From assembly GCA_014872815.1 (NCBI GenBank), contig WKFK01000008.1:52534-116533 (forward strand): DNA of 64,000 bases, given 5' to 3'. Under the pieces are notes generated by a model. It did no database searches, was not told where the DNA came from, and saw only the letters and a list, made by a program, of their open reading frames with translations. The translations under genes were made by a program, and so were the position numbers. Source of the DNA: Paracoccaceae bacterium (GTDB lineage: Bacteria; Pseudomonadota; Alphaproteobacteria; Rhodobacterales; Rhodobacteraceae). Below, in pieces: positions 37,130 through 48,692 of this stretch; positions within the stretch are counted from its first letter, which is position 1, and each line of letters opens with the position of its first letter.

Positions 37130-38524
37130 TTAGCTGTGGATTGCACCGTCGCCACAGGCGAGCGCGGCTTCGCGGACCGCTTCGGAGTAGGTTGGGTGCG
37201 CGTGGCAGGTCAGGGCGATGTCCTGAGCCGATGCACCAAATTCCATGGCCACGCAGAGTTCGTGGATCATGTCGCCAGCCGCTGGTCCGATGATCGCCGC
37301 GCCAAGCACGCGGTCGGTCTCTTTGTCGACGATGATTTTCACAAAGCCTTCGCCCTGGTGGACGGCTTTGGCGCGGGCGTTGCCCATGAACATAAACTTG
37401 CCAACCTTGATCTTGCGACCTTCAGCTTTCAGGGCGGCCTCGGTGGCACCGACGGTGGCAACCTCTGGGGTGGTATAAACCACACCCGGGATCACGCCGT
37501 AGTTCACGTGGCCATGTTTCCCGGCCAGAACCTCGGCCACCGCCATGCCTTCGTCTTCGGCTTTGTGGGCCAGCATTGGGCCTTCGATCACGTCGCCGAT
37601 GGCGTAGATGCCCGGTACGTTGGTGGCCCATTTGCCGTCCACGGCGATCTGGCCGCGTTCGGTCATTTTCACGCCAAGCGCGTCAAGGCCGAGACCTTCG
37701 GCGAAAGGCTTACGGCCGGTGGCAACCAGCACCACATCTGCGTCCACAACCTCTTCATCGCCGCCTTTCTTAGGCTGATAGCGCACTTTGGCTTTGGTTT
37801 TGGTGGCGTCCACGCCCTGCACAGCCGCGCCCATGATGAACTTAAGGCCTTGTTTTTCAAGGATACGCTTGAATGTGCGCTGTACATCTGCGTCCATGCC
37901 GGGGCAGACCGCGTCCATGTATTCGACAACGGTCACTTCCGCGCCGAGGCGGGCGTAAACGGAGCCCAGTTCGAGGCCAATCACACCAGCGCCGATCACG
38001 GTCATTTTCTTTGGCACTTTTGGCAGGTCCAGTGCGCCGGTGCTGTCGACCACGATGCCTTTGTCGTTGTCGACTTCAACACCTGGCAGGGAAGACGGCA
38101 CAGAGCCCGACGCGATCACGATGTTCTTGGCTTCGTGAGTTTCATCGCCCACTTTGACCTGACCGGCGGCTGGGATAGAGGCCCAACCTTTGAGCCAATC
38201 GATCTTGTTCTTCTTCATCAGGAACTCGATGCCCCCGGTGTTTTGTCCAACAACATCAGTCTTATACGCCTTCATCTGGTCCCAATCGACAGACGGGCTT
38301 TTGCCCTTCAGTCCCATGTCGGCGAAGTTGTGCTCGGCCTCATGCAGCATGTGGGTCGCATGCAGCAGCGCCTTGGACGGGATGCAGCCCACGTTGAGGC
38401 AGGTGCCGCCCAGCGTTTCGCGGCCTTCCACGATCGCGGTCTTGAGACCCAGCTGTGCGCAGCGGATTGCAGAGACGTAGCCGCCAGGGCCTGCGCCGAT
38501 GATGATGACGTCATATTGAGCCAT
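37130..38524 (-). CDS. lpdA: Dihydrolipoyl dehydrogenase (E3)
   Basis: [28 protein letters not shown] and HAHPTYSE motifs. Confidence 0.98.
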   Translation of the reverse strand: MAQYDVIIIGAGPGGYVSAIRCAQLGLKTAIVEGRETLGGTCLNVGCIPSKALLHATHMLHEAEHNFADMGLKGKSPSVDWDQMKAYKTDVVGQNTGGIEFLMKKNKIDWLKGWASIPAAGQVKVGDETHEAKNIVIASGSVPSSLPGVEVDNDKGIVVDSTGALDLPKVPKKMTVIGAGVIGLELGSVYARLGAEVTVVEYMDAVCPGMDADVQRTFKRILEKQGLKFIMGAAVQGVDATKTKAKVRYQPKKGGDEEVVDADVVLVATGRKPFAEGLGLDALGVKMTERGQIAVDGKWATNVPGIYAIGDVIEGPMLAHKAEDEGMAVAEVLAGKHGHVNYGVIPGVVYTTPEVATVGATEAALKAEGRKIKVGKFMFMGNARAKAVHQGEGFVKIIVDKETDRVLGAAIIGPAAGDMIHELCVAMEFGASAQDIALTCHAHPTYSEAVREAALACGDGAIHS

Positions 38525-38772
38525 AGGTGTGTTTCCTTGGTCTGTTTGGGGCGGTATGCCCCGTCTTGTGGGGACACTCTTACGATCAAGAGTTGGATTT
38601 GGGTGTTTTTATTCGGGTTTCAATAATTGATCAGGGCGTTAAGGGTGTTGTCTCAGTCCATATGCATGGCGGAAGGCGCTCTGTCAAAATTTGCGACGTG
38701 TGTTTGCCTGTGTAGCCGCGTGAGCCGGGCATTGCGCGTCTCTCCAATAGGGGCAGTTTGGACGGTTTTTGC

Positions 38773-38814
38773 ATGTCTGCATAGCGTCGGTATCGCGTCT
38801 GTATCGCGGAGGTG
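38773..38814 (-). repeat. Dispersed repeat family A, copy 3 (diverged)
   Basis: ATGTCTGCATA-GCGTCGGTATC-GCGTCTGTATC-GCGGAGGTG; 38796-38814 is identical (19/19) to 63222-63240. Confidence 0.85.
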
Positions 38815-38817
38815 GGG

Positions 38818-39201
38818 TTAAGTCGCATGAGCACCAAAGAGAAGAGATAAAACAGCGGCGACAAATGCCACCACCGAGACAAGCGCTAACACGCCATTTA
38901 ACGGGATAATCCAAGAGTTCCAAAATCGGGACCAGCGAGTTTCAGGAGCACTTGCCGTAAACGTATATGAGATTACGAGTGCCATCAGCACTGAGGTTAT
39001 TCCAGCTAAGAAAAGTGCGATTGACAGCTTTATTGAAGCGACGCCAATTTGCACCTGTGTTTGTGCCGAAGCGTTTCCTAAATACGTAAGCAGTGCCAGT
39101 ATCCCACCGCCATTTAGCAGCACGATTGTTCTCATAAAAGCCAACCCAAGTGTGTTGGCCTGCTCCAATCGAGAGATTTCTCCGCTTTCGCTGGACATCA
39201 A
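38818..39201 (-). CDS. Accessory small membrane protein (3 TM) inserted between sucB and lpdA
   Basis: 127 aa hydrophobic ORF, LLNGGGILALL; visibly more AT-rich than sucB. Confidence 0.7.
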   Translation of the reverse strand: MMSSESGEISRLEQANTLGLAFMRTIVLLNGGGILALLTYLGNASAQTQVQIGVASIKLSIALFLAGITSVLMALVISYTFTASAPETRWSRFWNSWIIPLNGVLALVSVVAFVAAVLSLLFGAHAT

Positions 39202-39230
39202 GCCTTCTCCGCACGTGACACGTGTGGCTC

Positions 39231-39293
39231 GGGCAGCGCACGCCCCTCCCCACGGGAGGGCGCTTCACGCCCACCCAGGGTCGTGCGCTGCCC
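39231..39293. repeat. Dispersed palindromic repeat family B (REP/MITE-like), copy 1
   Basis: Perfect 12-bp outer IR GGGCAGCGCACG/CGTGCGCTGCCC, inner CCCTCCC-CAC-GGGAGGG hairpin; homologous to 43947-44009. Confidence 0.85.
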
Positions 39294-39318
39294 TCTGTGA
39301 GGAAGGTCGGCCATCAGA

Positions 39319-40821
39319 TCAGAGATCCATCAGCAGGCGGCGTGGGTCTTCCAGCGCTTCTTTAACCCGCACGAGGAAGGTCACAGCGCCTTTGCCGTCC
39401 ACGATGCGGTGATCGTAGGACAGGGCCAGATACATCATTGGACGGATCACAACCTGACCGTTGATTGCCATTGGACGGTCCTGAATTTTGTGCATGCCGA
39501 GGATACCGGACTGCGGTGGGTTCAGGATTGGGGAGGACATCAGGGAGCCATAAACACCACCGTTGGAGATGGTGAAAGTGCCGCCCTGCATTTCCGCCAT
39601 GGAAAGCTTGCCGTCACGGGCGCGCTTGCCTTTCTCGGAAATGGCTTTCTCGATGTCTGCAAAGGACATGGCGTCCGCGTCACGGATCACTGGCACAACC
39701 AGACCCTGCGGCGTGCCGGCGGCCACACCCATGTGTACGTAGTTTTTGTACACGATGTCGGTGCCGTCGATTTCTGCGTTCACCTCTGGCACTTCTTTCA
39801 GCGCGTGCACACAGGCTTTGGTGAAGAAGGACATGAAGCCGAGACGCACGCCGTGCTTCTTCTCGAACTGGTCTTTGTACTGGCTGCGCAGCGCCATCAC
39901 CTCGGTCATGTCGACCTCGTTGTAGGTGGTCAGCATGGCGGCAGTGTTCTGGCTGTCTTTCAGACGACGGGCGATGGTTTGACGCATCTTGGTCATCTTC
40001 ACGCGCTCTTCGCGCGCTGCGTCATCAGCCGCAACCGGTGCACGTGGGGCGGCGGCCGGGGCTGGCGCTGCTGCGGCTGGAGCTGCCGGTGCCAGTGCGG
40101 CTTTCAGCACGTCTTCTTTCATGATGCGCCCGTCGCGGCCTGTGCCGGTTACAGAAGCGGCGTCGATGCCTTTTTCCGCCATCAGCTTGTTGGCGGATGG
40201 GGCGTTTTCCACGTCTGCGGACCCGGCAGGTGCGGCGGCAGCAGCTGGAGCTGCGGCAGGGGCGGCAGCTGCGGAGGCAGATGCGCCACCGATCACGGCC
40301 AGTTTGGCGCTTGCGTCCACGGTAGTGCCTTCCGGCGCAATGATTTCGGAGAGCACACCAGCGGCAGGCGCAGGCACCTCAACGGAGACCTTGTCGGTTT
40401 CCAGCTCACAGAGCATCTCGTCCTGTGCAACGGTGTCACCCACGGCTTTGAACCAAGTGGAGACGGTGGCCTCGGTCACGGATTCACCGAGGGTTGGGAC
40501 CATCACGTCCACCGCGTCGCCACCACCGGCAGCAGGAGCTGCGGCGACAGGTGCCGCGGCAGCGGCTGGCGCAGGGGCTGCGCCTTCGCCTGCGGTGATC
40601 ATTGCCAGCAGGGCATCAACGCCCACAGTGTCGCCTTCGGCAGCGACGATTTCACCCAGAACGCCTGCGGCAGGGGCGGGCACTTCGACGGTGACTTTGT
40701 CGGTTTCCAGCTCGCAGAGCATTTCGTCTATGGCAACCGCATCACCCGGTTTTTTGAACCAGGTGGCAACGGTGGCTTCGGTGACGGATTCGCCAAGGGT
40801 AGGGACTCGAACTTCGGTCAT
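39319..40821 (-). CDS. sucB: 2-oxoglutarate dehydrogenase E2 (dihydrolipoyl succinyltransferase) with two lipoyl domains
   Basis: Two ELETDKV lipoyl motifs, GTGRDGRI binding domain, SYDHRIVDG. Confidence 0.98.
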   Translation of the reverse strand: MTEVRVPTLGESVTEATVATWFKKPGDAVAIDEMLCELETDKVTVEVPAPAAGVLGEIVAAEGDTVGVDALLAMITAGEGAAPAPAAAAAPVAAAPAAGGGDAVDVMVPTLGESVTEATVSTWFKAVGDTVAQDEMLCELETDKVSVEVPAPAAGVLSEIIAPEGTTVDASAKLAVIGGASASAAAAPAAAPAAAAAPAGSADVENAPSANKLMAEKGIDAASVTGTGRDGRIMKEDVLKAALAPAAPAAAAPAPAAAPRAPVAADDAAREERVKMTKMRQTIARRLKDSQNTAAMLTTYNEVDMTEVMALRSQYKDQFEKKHGVRLGFMSFFTKACVHALKEVPEVNAEIDGTDIVYKNYVHMGVAAGTPQGLVVPVIRDADAMSFADIEKAISEKGKRARDGKLSMAEMQGGTFTISNGGVYGSLMSSPILNPPQSGILGMHKIQDRPMAINGQVVIRPMMYLALSYDHRIVDGKGAVTFLVRVKEALEDPRRLLMDL

Positions 40822-40824
40822 GGA

Positions 40825-43785
40825 TCAATTTCCTTCCATGGAGAGCGCGGCATCTACCAGCGCTTCTTGTTGGGCTTTGTGTTGGCTTGCCAGTCCGGTG
40901 GCAGGGGAGGCGGAGGCCGGGCGGCCTGCATATACCGGACGGGTGTGTTTGGCTTTGATGCGGGTCAGGGCCCATTCGATGTTGGGCTCGATGAAGGACC
41001 ACGCGCCTTGGTTCTTGGGCTCTTCCTGACACCAGACCATCTCGGCATCTTTGAAGCGCTCAAGCTCCTTGATCAGCGAGTGGGCTGGGAACGGATAGTA
41101 TTGCTCAATCCGCATCAGGTAGATGTCGTCGATGCCACGGGCGTCACGCTCTTCGAGCAGGTCGTAGTAGACTTTGCCGGAGCACATCACGACGCGTTTG
41201 ACGTCCTTGTCCTTCTTCAGCTCGGTGTCGGAGTTGCCTTTTTCGGCATCATCCCACAGCACGCGGTGGAAGGAGGACCCATCGGTGAAGTCCTCAGCCT
41301 CAGAGATCGCCAGTTTGTGGCGCAGCAGAGACTTCGGCGTCATCAGGATCAGCGGCTTGCGGAAGGTGCGGTGCAGCTGACGGCGCAGGATGTGGAAGTA
41401 GTTCGCGGGTGTCGTACAGTTTGCAACGATCCAGTTGTCCCCACCACACATCTGCAGGAAGCGTTCCAGGCGGGCAGAGGAGTGCTCTGGGCCTTGGCCT
41501 TCGAAACCATGTGGCAGCAGTACGGTCAGACCGGACATCCGCAGCCACTTGCTTTCACCGGAGCTGATGAACTGGTCAAACATGATCTGTGCGCCGTTGG
41601 CGAAGTCACCAAACTGGGCTTCCCATAGGGTCAGCGCGTTTGGTTCTGCCAGCGAGTAGCCGTATTCAAACCCCAGAACCGCATATTCAGACAGCGCGGA
41701 GTCGATGACTTCGTACTGGCTCTGTCCGGCGCGGATGTTGTTGAGCGGGTAGTAGCGCTCTTCGGTGTCCTGATTGATGATGCCGGAGTGACGCTGGGAG
41801 AAAGTGCCGCGGGTGGCGTCCTGACCTGCGAGACGTACCGGGTAGCCTTCGGTCAGCAGAGAGCCAAAGGCCATAGCTTCGGCGGTGGCCCAATCAAAGC
41901 CTTTGCCGCTTTCAAACATCTTGCCTCGGGTGTCCAAGAGACGGCCCACGGTTTTGTGCACTGGGAAGCCTTCAGGCACGGAGGACAGGGACTTGCCGAT
42001 TTCCGCCATGGTTTCTGGCTTGATCGAGGTCTGGCCGCGTTCGTAGTCTTCGCCTCGTTTGTCCAGATGGGACCAGCGGCCGTCCAGCCAATCCGCCTTG
42101 TTGGGCTTATACTCTTTGCCGGTCTCGAACTCTTCGTTCAGATGGGCCTGGAAAGAGGCTTTCATGTCCTCGATTTCGCCCTCTGGGATGAGGCCGTCTT
42201 TTACCAGACGCTCAGTGTAGAGCGTCAGCGTGGTTTTGTGCTTCTTGATGCGCTTGTACATCACCGGGTTGGTGAACATGGGCTCGTCGCCCTCGTTGTG
42301 ACCAAAGCGGCGGTAGCAGAACATGTCGATGACGACATCTTTCTGGAACTTCTGACGGAATTCCGTTGCCACTTTTGCCGCGTGTACAACCGCCTCTGGA
42401 TCGTCGCCGTTCACGTGGAAAATCGGTGCTTCCACAACCAGCGCGTTGTCGGTTGGGTATGGCGAGGAGCGGGAGAAGTGCGGTGCGGTGGTGAAGCCGA
42501 TCTGGTTGTTCACCACGATGTGCATGGTGCCGCCGGTCTTGTGACCTTTCAGGCCAGACAGCGCAAAACATTCCGCTACAACACCTTGGCCCGCAAAGGC
42601 CGCATCGCCGTGCAGCAGGATCGGCATCACGGCGGTGCGCTCATCATCGTTAAGCTGGTCCTGCTTGGCGCGGACCTTGCCCAGCACAACCGGGTTCACC
42701 GCCTCAAGGTGGGAGGGGTTCGCCGTCAATGACAGGTGCACTTGGTTGCCGTCAAACTCGCGATCCGAGCTGGCACCGAGGTGGTATTTCACGTCACCGG
42801 AGCCGTCGACGTCCTCAGGTTTAAAGCTGCCGCCCTGGAATTCGTTGAAGATCGCGCGGTAAGGCTTGGCCATCACGTTGGCCAGAACCGACAAGCGGCC
42901 ACGGTGGGGCATGCCGATCACGATCTCTTTCAGGCCGAGGTTGCCGCCGCGTTTGATCACCTGCTCCATGGCGGGGATCAGGCTTTCGCCACCGTCCAGA
43001 CCAAAGCGCTTGGTGCCCATGTATTTCACGTGCAGGAATTTCTCAAAGCCTTCGGCTTCGACCAGTTTGTTCAGGATCGCTTTGCGGCCCTCGCGGGTGA
43101 AGCGGATTTCCTTGTCGTACCCTTCGATGCGCTCTTTCAGCCAGCTCGCTTCTTCAGGGTTGGAGATGTGCATGTATTGCAGCGCGAAGGTGCCACAGTA
43201 GGTGCGCTTCACGATGTCCATGATCTGGCGCATCGTGGCGATGTCCAGACCCAGCACTTTGTCGATGAAGATCGGGCGATCCATGTCGGCTTCGGTGAAG
43301 CCGTAGGACTTTGGATCAAGCTCCGGATGTGGGGTCTGGTCGCGCATGCCCAGAGGGTCGATGTCCGCAATCAGGTGGCCGCGAATACGGTAAGCGCGGA
43401 TCAGCATCAGGGCGCGGATGGAATCCAGCACCGCGCGCTTGATGGCTTCGTCAGAGACCTCAACGCCGGATGCGGCGGCTTTCTCTTTGATCTTTTTGCC
43501 AGCGGCCTTGGCTTCGGCCGGTTCCGCCCATTCGCCGGTTAGGGAAGAAGTCAGGTCATCATTGGGCTGTGGCGGCCAGTCGGTTCGTGCCCAAGAGGGG
43601 CCAGCGGCCTCTGCTTTTACGTCCAGCTCCGCATCGCCGAGCTGACGGAAGAACTCCTGCCAGACTTCGTCAACCGCATTGGGGTCGGCGGCGTAGCGGG
43701 CGTACATCTGTTCGAGGTATTCCGCATTGTGCCCCTGCATAAAGGAGGAGGCGTGGAAGATGTCGTTTGGCGACTGTTCGGTCAT
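40825..43785 (-). CDS. sucA: 2-oxoglutarate dehydrogenase E1
   Basis: RFGLDGGE, GMPHRGRL, HGDAAFAGQG and GHNEGDEP motifs. Confidence 0.98.
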   Translation of the reverse strand: MTEQSPNDIFHASSFMQGHNAEYLEQMYARYAADPNAVDEVWQEFFRQLGDAELDVKAEAAGPSWARTDWPPQPNDDLTSSLTGEWAEPAEAKAAGKKIKEKAAASGVEVSDEAIKRAVLDSIRALMLIRAYRIRGHLIADIDPLGMRDQTPHPELDPKSYGFTEADMDRPIFIDKVLGLDIATMRQIMDIVKRTYCGTFALQYMHISNPEEASWLKERIEGYDKEIRFTREGRKAILNKLVEAEGFEKFLHVKYMGTKRFGLDGGESLIPAMEQVIKRGGNLGLKEIVIGMPHRGRLSVLANVMAKPYRAIFNEFQGGSFKPEDVDGSGDVKYHLGASSDREFDGNQVHLSLTANPSHLEAVNPVVLGKVRAKQDQLNDDERTAVMPILLHGDAAFAGQGVVAECFALSGLKGHKTGGTMHIVVNNQIGFTTAPHFSRSSPYPTDNALVVEAPIFHVNGDDPEAVVHAAKVATEFRQKFQKDVVIDMFCYRRFGHNEGDEPMFTNPVMYKRIKKHKTTLTLYTERLVKDGLIPEGEIEDMKASFQAHLNEEFETGKEYKPNKADWLDGRWSHLDKRGEDYERGQTSIKPETMAEIGKSLSSVPEGFPVHKTVGRLLDTRGKMFESGKGFDWATAEAMAFGSLLTEGYPVRLAGQDATRGTFSQRHSGIINQDTEERYYPLNNIRAGQSQYEVIDSALSEYAVLGFEYGYSLAEPNALTLWEAQFGDFANGAQIMFDQFISSGESKWLRMSGLTVLLPHGFEGQGPEHSSARLERFLQMCGGDNWIVANCTTPANYFHILRRQLHRTFRKPLILMTPKSLLRHKLAISEAEDFTDGSSFHRVLWDDAEKGNSDTELKKDKDVKRVVMCSGKVYYDLLEERDARGIDDIYLMRIEQYYPFPAHSLIKELERFKDAEMVWCQEEPKNQGAWSFIEPNIEWALTRIKAKHTRPVYAGRPASASPATGLASQHKAQQEALVDAALSMEGN

Positions 43786-43930
43786 GATGGCACCTCATGA
43801 AGGATGGGACCGGTTTTTGGTTGGCCCCGTGCAGGGCTGGTTTGGGGTAGATGAACGCGGGAATGTTTCAAAAGACTTAGCGCTGGTTGCGCGGAAACAT
43901 AGTTTTTCACGTTCACCTTTCAGTTATAGG

Positions 43931-44026
43931 CCCGGCGGCAACGCCAAGCAGCGCCAGAACCTCCCCATGGGAGGGCGTTTGCACGTCCTCCCAGGTTCGG
44001 GCGTTGCCCAATGGTGATATGCCGGG
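43931..44026. repeat. Dispersed palindromic repeat family B, copy 2
   Basis: GGCAACGCC/GGCGTTGCC IR, outer CCCGGC/GCCGGG, inner CCTCCC-CAT-GGGAGG; core aligns with 39231-39293. Confidence 0.8.
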
Positions 44027-44036
44027 CGGCAAGCAT

Positions 44037-44918
44037 TTAGCCGATCGCTTTGAGCACAGCTTCGCCGAGGCCGGCTGGGCTGTCTGCTACGACGATGCCA
44101 GCTTCCTGCATCGCGGCGATCTTGTCTTCGGCACCACCTTTGCCACCGGCAACAATCGCACCGGCGTGGCCCATGCGGCGGCCGGGAGGCGCTGTGCGGC
44201 CTGCGATGAAGCCAGCGGTCGGCTTCCAGCGGCCTTTTTTGCGCTCGTTGGCGAGGAATTCTGCGGCTTCTTCTTCCGCGGAACCACCGATCTCACCGAT
44301 CATGATGATGGACTGGGTCTCGTCATCGGACAGGAACATGTCCAGCACGTCGATGTGCTCGGTGCCTTTGATGGGGTCGCCGCCGATGCCCACTGCGGTG
44401 GACTGGCCCAGACCGATGTCGGCGGTTTGCTTAACCGCTTCATAGGTCAGCGTGCCGGAGCGGGACACAACGCCCACGGAGCCACGCTTGTGGATGTGGC
44501 CCGGCATGATGCCGATTTTGCAAGCGTCAGGGGTGATCACACCTGGGCAGTTCGGACCGATCAGGCGGGAGGCAGAGCCTTCCAACGCGCGCTGTACCTT
44601 CATCATGTCCAGCACAGGAATGCCTTCGGTGATGCAGATGATCAGTTCCATTTCCGCATCGATGGCCTCGAGGATCGAGTCCGCTGCGAAGGGCGGAGGC
44701 ACATAGATCACGGAAGCGTTGGCTTCGGTTTTGGCTTTGGCGTCGTGTACCGAGTCAAAGACCGGCAGGCCGAGGTGTTCCATGCCACCTTTGCCCGGGG
44801 TCACGCCGCCGACCATTTTGGTGCCATATGCGATGGCTTGTTCAGAGTGGAAGGTGCCCTGAGAGCCGGTGAAGCCCTGACAGATAACCTTGGTGTTTTC
44901 ATCTACGAGAATGGCCAT
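44037..44918 (-). CDS. sucD: Succinyl-CoA synthetase alpha subunit
   Basis: [17 protein letters not shown] and RMGHAGAI (phospho-His) motifs. Confidence 0.98.
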   Translation of the reverse strand: MAILVDENTKVICQGFTGSQGTFHSEQAIAYGTKMVGGVTPGKGGMEHLGLPVFDSVHDAKAKTEANASVIYVPPPFAADSILEAIDAEMELIICITEGIPVLDMMKVQRALEGSASRLIGPNCPGVITPDACKIGIMPGHIHKRGSVGVVSRSGTLTYEAVKQTADIGLGQSTAVGIGGDPIKGTEHIDVLDMFLSDDETQSIIMIGEIGGSAEEEAAEFLANERKKGRWKPTAGFIAGRTAPPGRRMGHAGAIVAGGKGGAEDKIAAMQEAGIVVADSPAGLGEAVLKAIG

Positions 44919-44923
44919 GGGTG

Positions 44924-46117
44924 TTATCCTTTCACCGCTTTGACGATTTTTTCAGCGCCGTCGGACAGGTTGTCCGCCGCGATCACATCAAGACCAGAGG
45001 TGTTGATGATCTCTTTGCCGGCTTCTACGTTGGTGCCTTCGAGGCGCACAACCAGTGGAACCTGCAGGCCAACTTCTTTCACCGCGGCCACAACGCCCTC
45101 TGCGATCACATCACAGCGCATGATGCCGCCGAAGATGTTCACGAGGATGCCTTTGACGTTTGGATCAGAGGTGATGATCTTGAACGCTTCGGTCACTTTC
45201 TCTTTGGTTGCACCGCCGCCCACGTCGAGGAAGTTGGCAGGCTCTGCACCGTAGAGTTTGATGATGTCCATGGTGGCCATCGCGAGACCCGCGCCATTCA
45301 CCATGCAGCCGATTTCACCGTCCAGAGCGATGTAGTTCAGGTCGTATTTGGACGCCTCAAGCTCTTTTGGATCTTCTTCGGTTTCATCGCGCAGCTCGGC
45401 CACGTCTGGGTGGCGGTACACGGCGTTGCCGTCAAAGCCAACTTTGGCGTCCAGCACTTTGAGCTTGCCGCCCGGCATGACGATCAGCGGGTTGATCTCC
45501 AGCTGCTCCATGTCTTTTTCCATGAAGGCTTTGTAGAGAATGCCCATCAGCTTTACGCATTCTTTCACCTGTGCGCCTTTCAGGCCCAGGGAGAAGGCAA
45601 CGCGACGGCCATGGTATGGCTGGTAGCCGGTGGCCGGATCGACGGAGAAGGACAGGATCTTCTCAGGAGTGGCTTCGGCCACCTCTTCGATGTCCATGCC
45701 GCCTTCGGTGGAGCACACGAAGGACACGCGGGAAGTCTGACGGTCGACCAGCAGAGCCAGATACAGCTCACGCTCAATGTCGGAGCCATCTTCGATGTAG
45801 ATGCGGTTGACCTGTTTGCCCGCTGGGCCGGTCTGGTGGGTCACAAGGGTGCGGCCCAGCATCTTTTTGGCTTCCTCGGCGGCTTCTTCGACCGATTTGG
45901 CGAGGCGGACACCGCCTTTTTCACCAGCGTCGGCTTCTTTGAAAGAGCCTTTGCCGCGCCCACCTGCGTGGATCTGCGCCTTAACAACCCAAAGCGGGCC
46001 ATCAAGTTCGCCAGCGGCGGTTTTTGCGTCTTCTGCTTTTAGAACGGCGCGGCCTTCGGACACTGGAGCGCCGTAGGAGCGAAGCAGGGCTTTCGCCTGA
46101 TATTCGTGGATGTTCAT
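44924..46117 (-). CDS. sucC: Succinyl-CoA synthetase beta subunit
   Basis: [31 protein letters not shown] and NFLDVGGGA motifs. Confidence 0.98.
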   Translation of the reverse strand: MNIHEYQAKALLRSYGAPVSEGRAVLKAEDAKTAAGELDGPLWVVKAQIHAGGRGKGSFKEADAGEKGGVRLAKSVEEAAEEAKKMLGRTLVTHQTGPAGKQVNRIYIEDGSDIERELYLALLVDRQTSRVSFVCSTEGGMDIEEVAEATPEKILSFSVDPATGYQPYHGRRVAFSLGLKGAQVKECVKLMGILYKAFMEKDMEQLEINPLIVMPGGKLKVLDAKVGFDGNAVYRHPDVAELRDETEEDPKELEASKYDLNYIALDGEIGCMVNGAGLAMATMDIIKLYGAEPANFLDVGGGATKEKVTEAFKIITSDPNVKGILVNIFGGIMRCDVIAEGVVAAVKEVGLQVPLVVRLEGTNVEAGKEIINTSGLDVIAADNLSDGAEKIVKAVKG

Positions 46118-46212
46118 GGAACTGTCCCATCTTGCTGCGATTGGAGCGGTTTTGGCACAGTCCGATGGAGCCGATAAGCAAATTCGACAGGAATGGTGGA
46201 TTTTTTCTTATT

Positions 46213-46243
46213 TGTGATCACAGTCTGAAATTGTGTGATCACA
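46213..46243. promoter_or_regulatory. Paired TGTGATCACA boxes upstream of sucC (AkgR-type operator)
   Basis: GTGATCAC-N13-GTGATCAC; the same pair occurs upstream of sdhC. Confidence 0.75.
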
Positions 46244-46391
46244 AAAATGGAGGCCTCGGCGGAAAGTCGCACAGATTAAATAAATTGCTAATGAAATAAG
46301 GAGATGCGCGCGCGACTCGGATTGCAGTGCAGCGTTACCGCCAACGGGTTTGGTGTCGGCGCCCCATGTGGTGAGGCGCCGTTCTACTTAT

Positions 46392-47054
46392 TTAAGGGGA
46401 CGGGGATTGCAGCAGGAAGGCGTGTTCGTTCACGCCAAACCCGCCGCCGTCAAACATCTTGTGAGAGATGGTATAGCGGCTGCCGCTGATGGTTGTCGTG
46501 GCTTGGCCGTTGGTGTGTTGCAGCCCGAGTGCGGTGAAGAAGGCCGATTGTGCCTCTTTTGCTGAGACCGACTGGGACACAACGCTCGTGGTGGCGCATT
46601 CAAAGACGTAGGCGCTTTCGATGTTGACCTGAAGCGACGTTGTTGCCGTGTCGGTCCACTCCGAGGCGTAGACTTGATTTGCGCTGGGGCGCTCCACGTC
46701 GAGGCCGCTCGCTGCTGCGACACGTGCAATGGCGGCGACATCTGGGGCCTGCTGCAGGCAGGCGGATTGGAATAAGGCGATTGGGCGACTTAGGTCCGTG
46801 GTGCTGTCGGCAGAGCCAAACACCGCTTCGCCAATATCCGCCGCGCTGATGCCGGTGCCCTCGAGCATGGCATCCACGCTCCCGACAGCCGCCAGCATCT
46901 GGCCTGGAGTGGCGGGGACGTGGTTGGGTCCATAGGTCACCGGGTGTTGGCTTTGCGGACCTGAGCGTACATTGGGTGTGCTGGATGGATTGCCGCAGGC
47001 TGCGAGTAGAAGTGCGCCACTTAGACTGGCGACGACATATGAAGAAAGACGCAT
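46392..47054 (-). CDS. Accessory lipoprotein (220 aa)
   Basis: Lipobox LLLAAC followed by GNPSSTPNVRSGPQ. Confidence 0.7.
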   Translation of the reverse strand: MRLSSYVVASLSGALLLAACGNPSSTPNVRSGPQSQHPVTYGPNHVPATPGQMLAAVGSVDAMLEGTGISAADIGEAVFGSADSTTDLSRPIALFQSACLQQAPDVAAIARVAAASGLDVERPSANQVYASEWTDTATTSLQVNIESAYVFECATTSVVSQSVSAKEAQSAFFTALGLQHTNGQATTTISGSRYTISHKMFDGGGFGVNEHAFLLQSPSP

Positions 47055-47204
47055 GTATATTTCCCAAAATCTTGGCATCGGGGCCCGGGGGAGGGCGATG
47101 CTTTGGGAGGATGGTGCAATCAAAGATGGAAAACGGCAAGGGGTAATGCACGTCTGTTGATCCGTTTGCCGAGGAAACGGAGAGCTAAGACCTGCACGTT
47201 TGCC

Positions 47205-47357
47205 TTAGTTGCCGTAGATCGACGCGGTTTGCGGTATGGTTTGCGGTCCGGTGCGTATTTCCCAGGAGTTATCGGGAATATTGGACTCTGTGCCCCCACA
47301 CGCCGCGAGTAGCAGGCTGCAGAGCAAAGTCATCGGAAGTGCTTTGGTCTTGGTCAT
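47205..47357 (-). CDS. Very small lipoprotein (50 aa)
   Basis: RBS AAGGGGGG; LLLAAC lipobox followed by EIRTGPQ...IYGN. Confidence 0.6.
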   Translation of the reverse strand: MTKTKALPMTLLCSLLLAACGGTESNIPDNSWEIRTGPQTIPQTASIYGN

Positions 47358-47451
47358 AGGTTGTCCCCCCTTTCGGTATGCGCGTGACGCAGGGTTCGCG
47401 CATTCATCTTCGGTTAACCATAGCGCTTCAGGTGTAAAACTCCAGTCATGC

Positions 47452-47483
47452 AAAGAAAAAGGCCCGCAAAACTGCGGGCCTTT
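47452..47483 (-). terminator. Terminator after mdh
   Basis: AAAGGCCCGCA/TGCGGGCCTTT stem with a T-run on the minus strand. Confidence 0.85.
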
Positions 47484-47505
47484 CGAAAATTGAAGCTGTC
47501 TGTGC

Positions 47506-48492
<987 letters not shown>

Positions 48493-48692
48493 TTATCGCG
48501 GGTGGCTTAAGTCGAAATTGGCGTTGGCGCAAGTGTCTGGCGTTTTGATTGGGCCAACTGACGCATGTGTGACGGGCGGAGCAGGCGGCAAAACACCGCG
48601 CAAATCAGCGCGTTTGGTGTGCTTGATTTGGCTTCATGCCTGTGAGTAGATGTTAGCAAGAATTCACAGGCATCTTTGAGGACTACAAAAAA

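Noticed and set aside
39409-41628. 739-aa plus-strand ORF, and similar long antisense ORFs (e.g. 2746-4323, 21229-22707, 27268-28596, 37136-38626, 55541-56866)
   Set aside because: They lie opposite well-conserved genes with strong codon bias, which suppresses antisense stops; no recognisable motifs or RBS
47081-47117. GGGAGGGCG and TGGGAGGA fragments resembling repeat family B
   Set aside because: Matches are short and lack the outer inverted repeat; at most a decayed copy and not supportable
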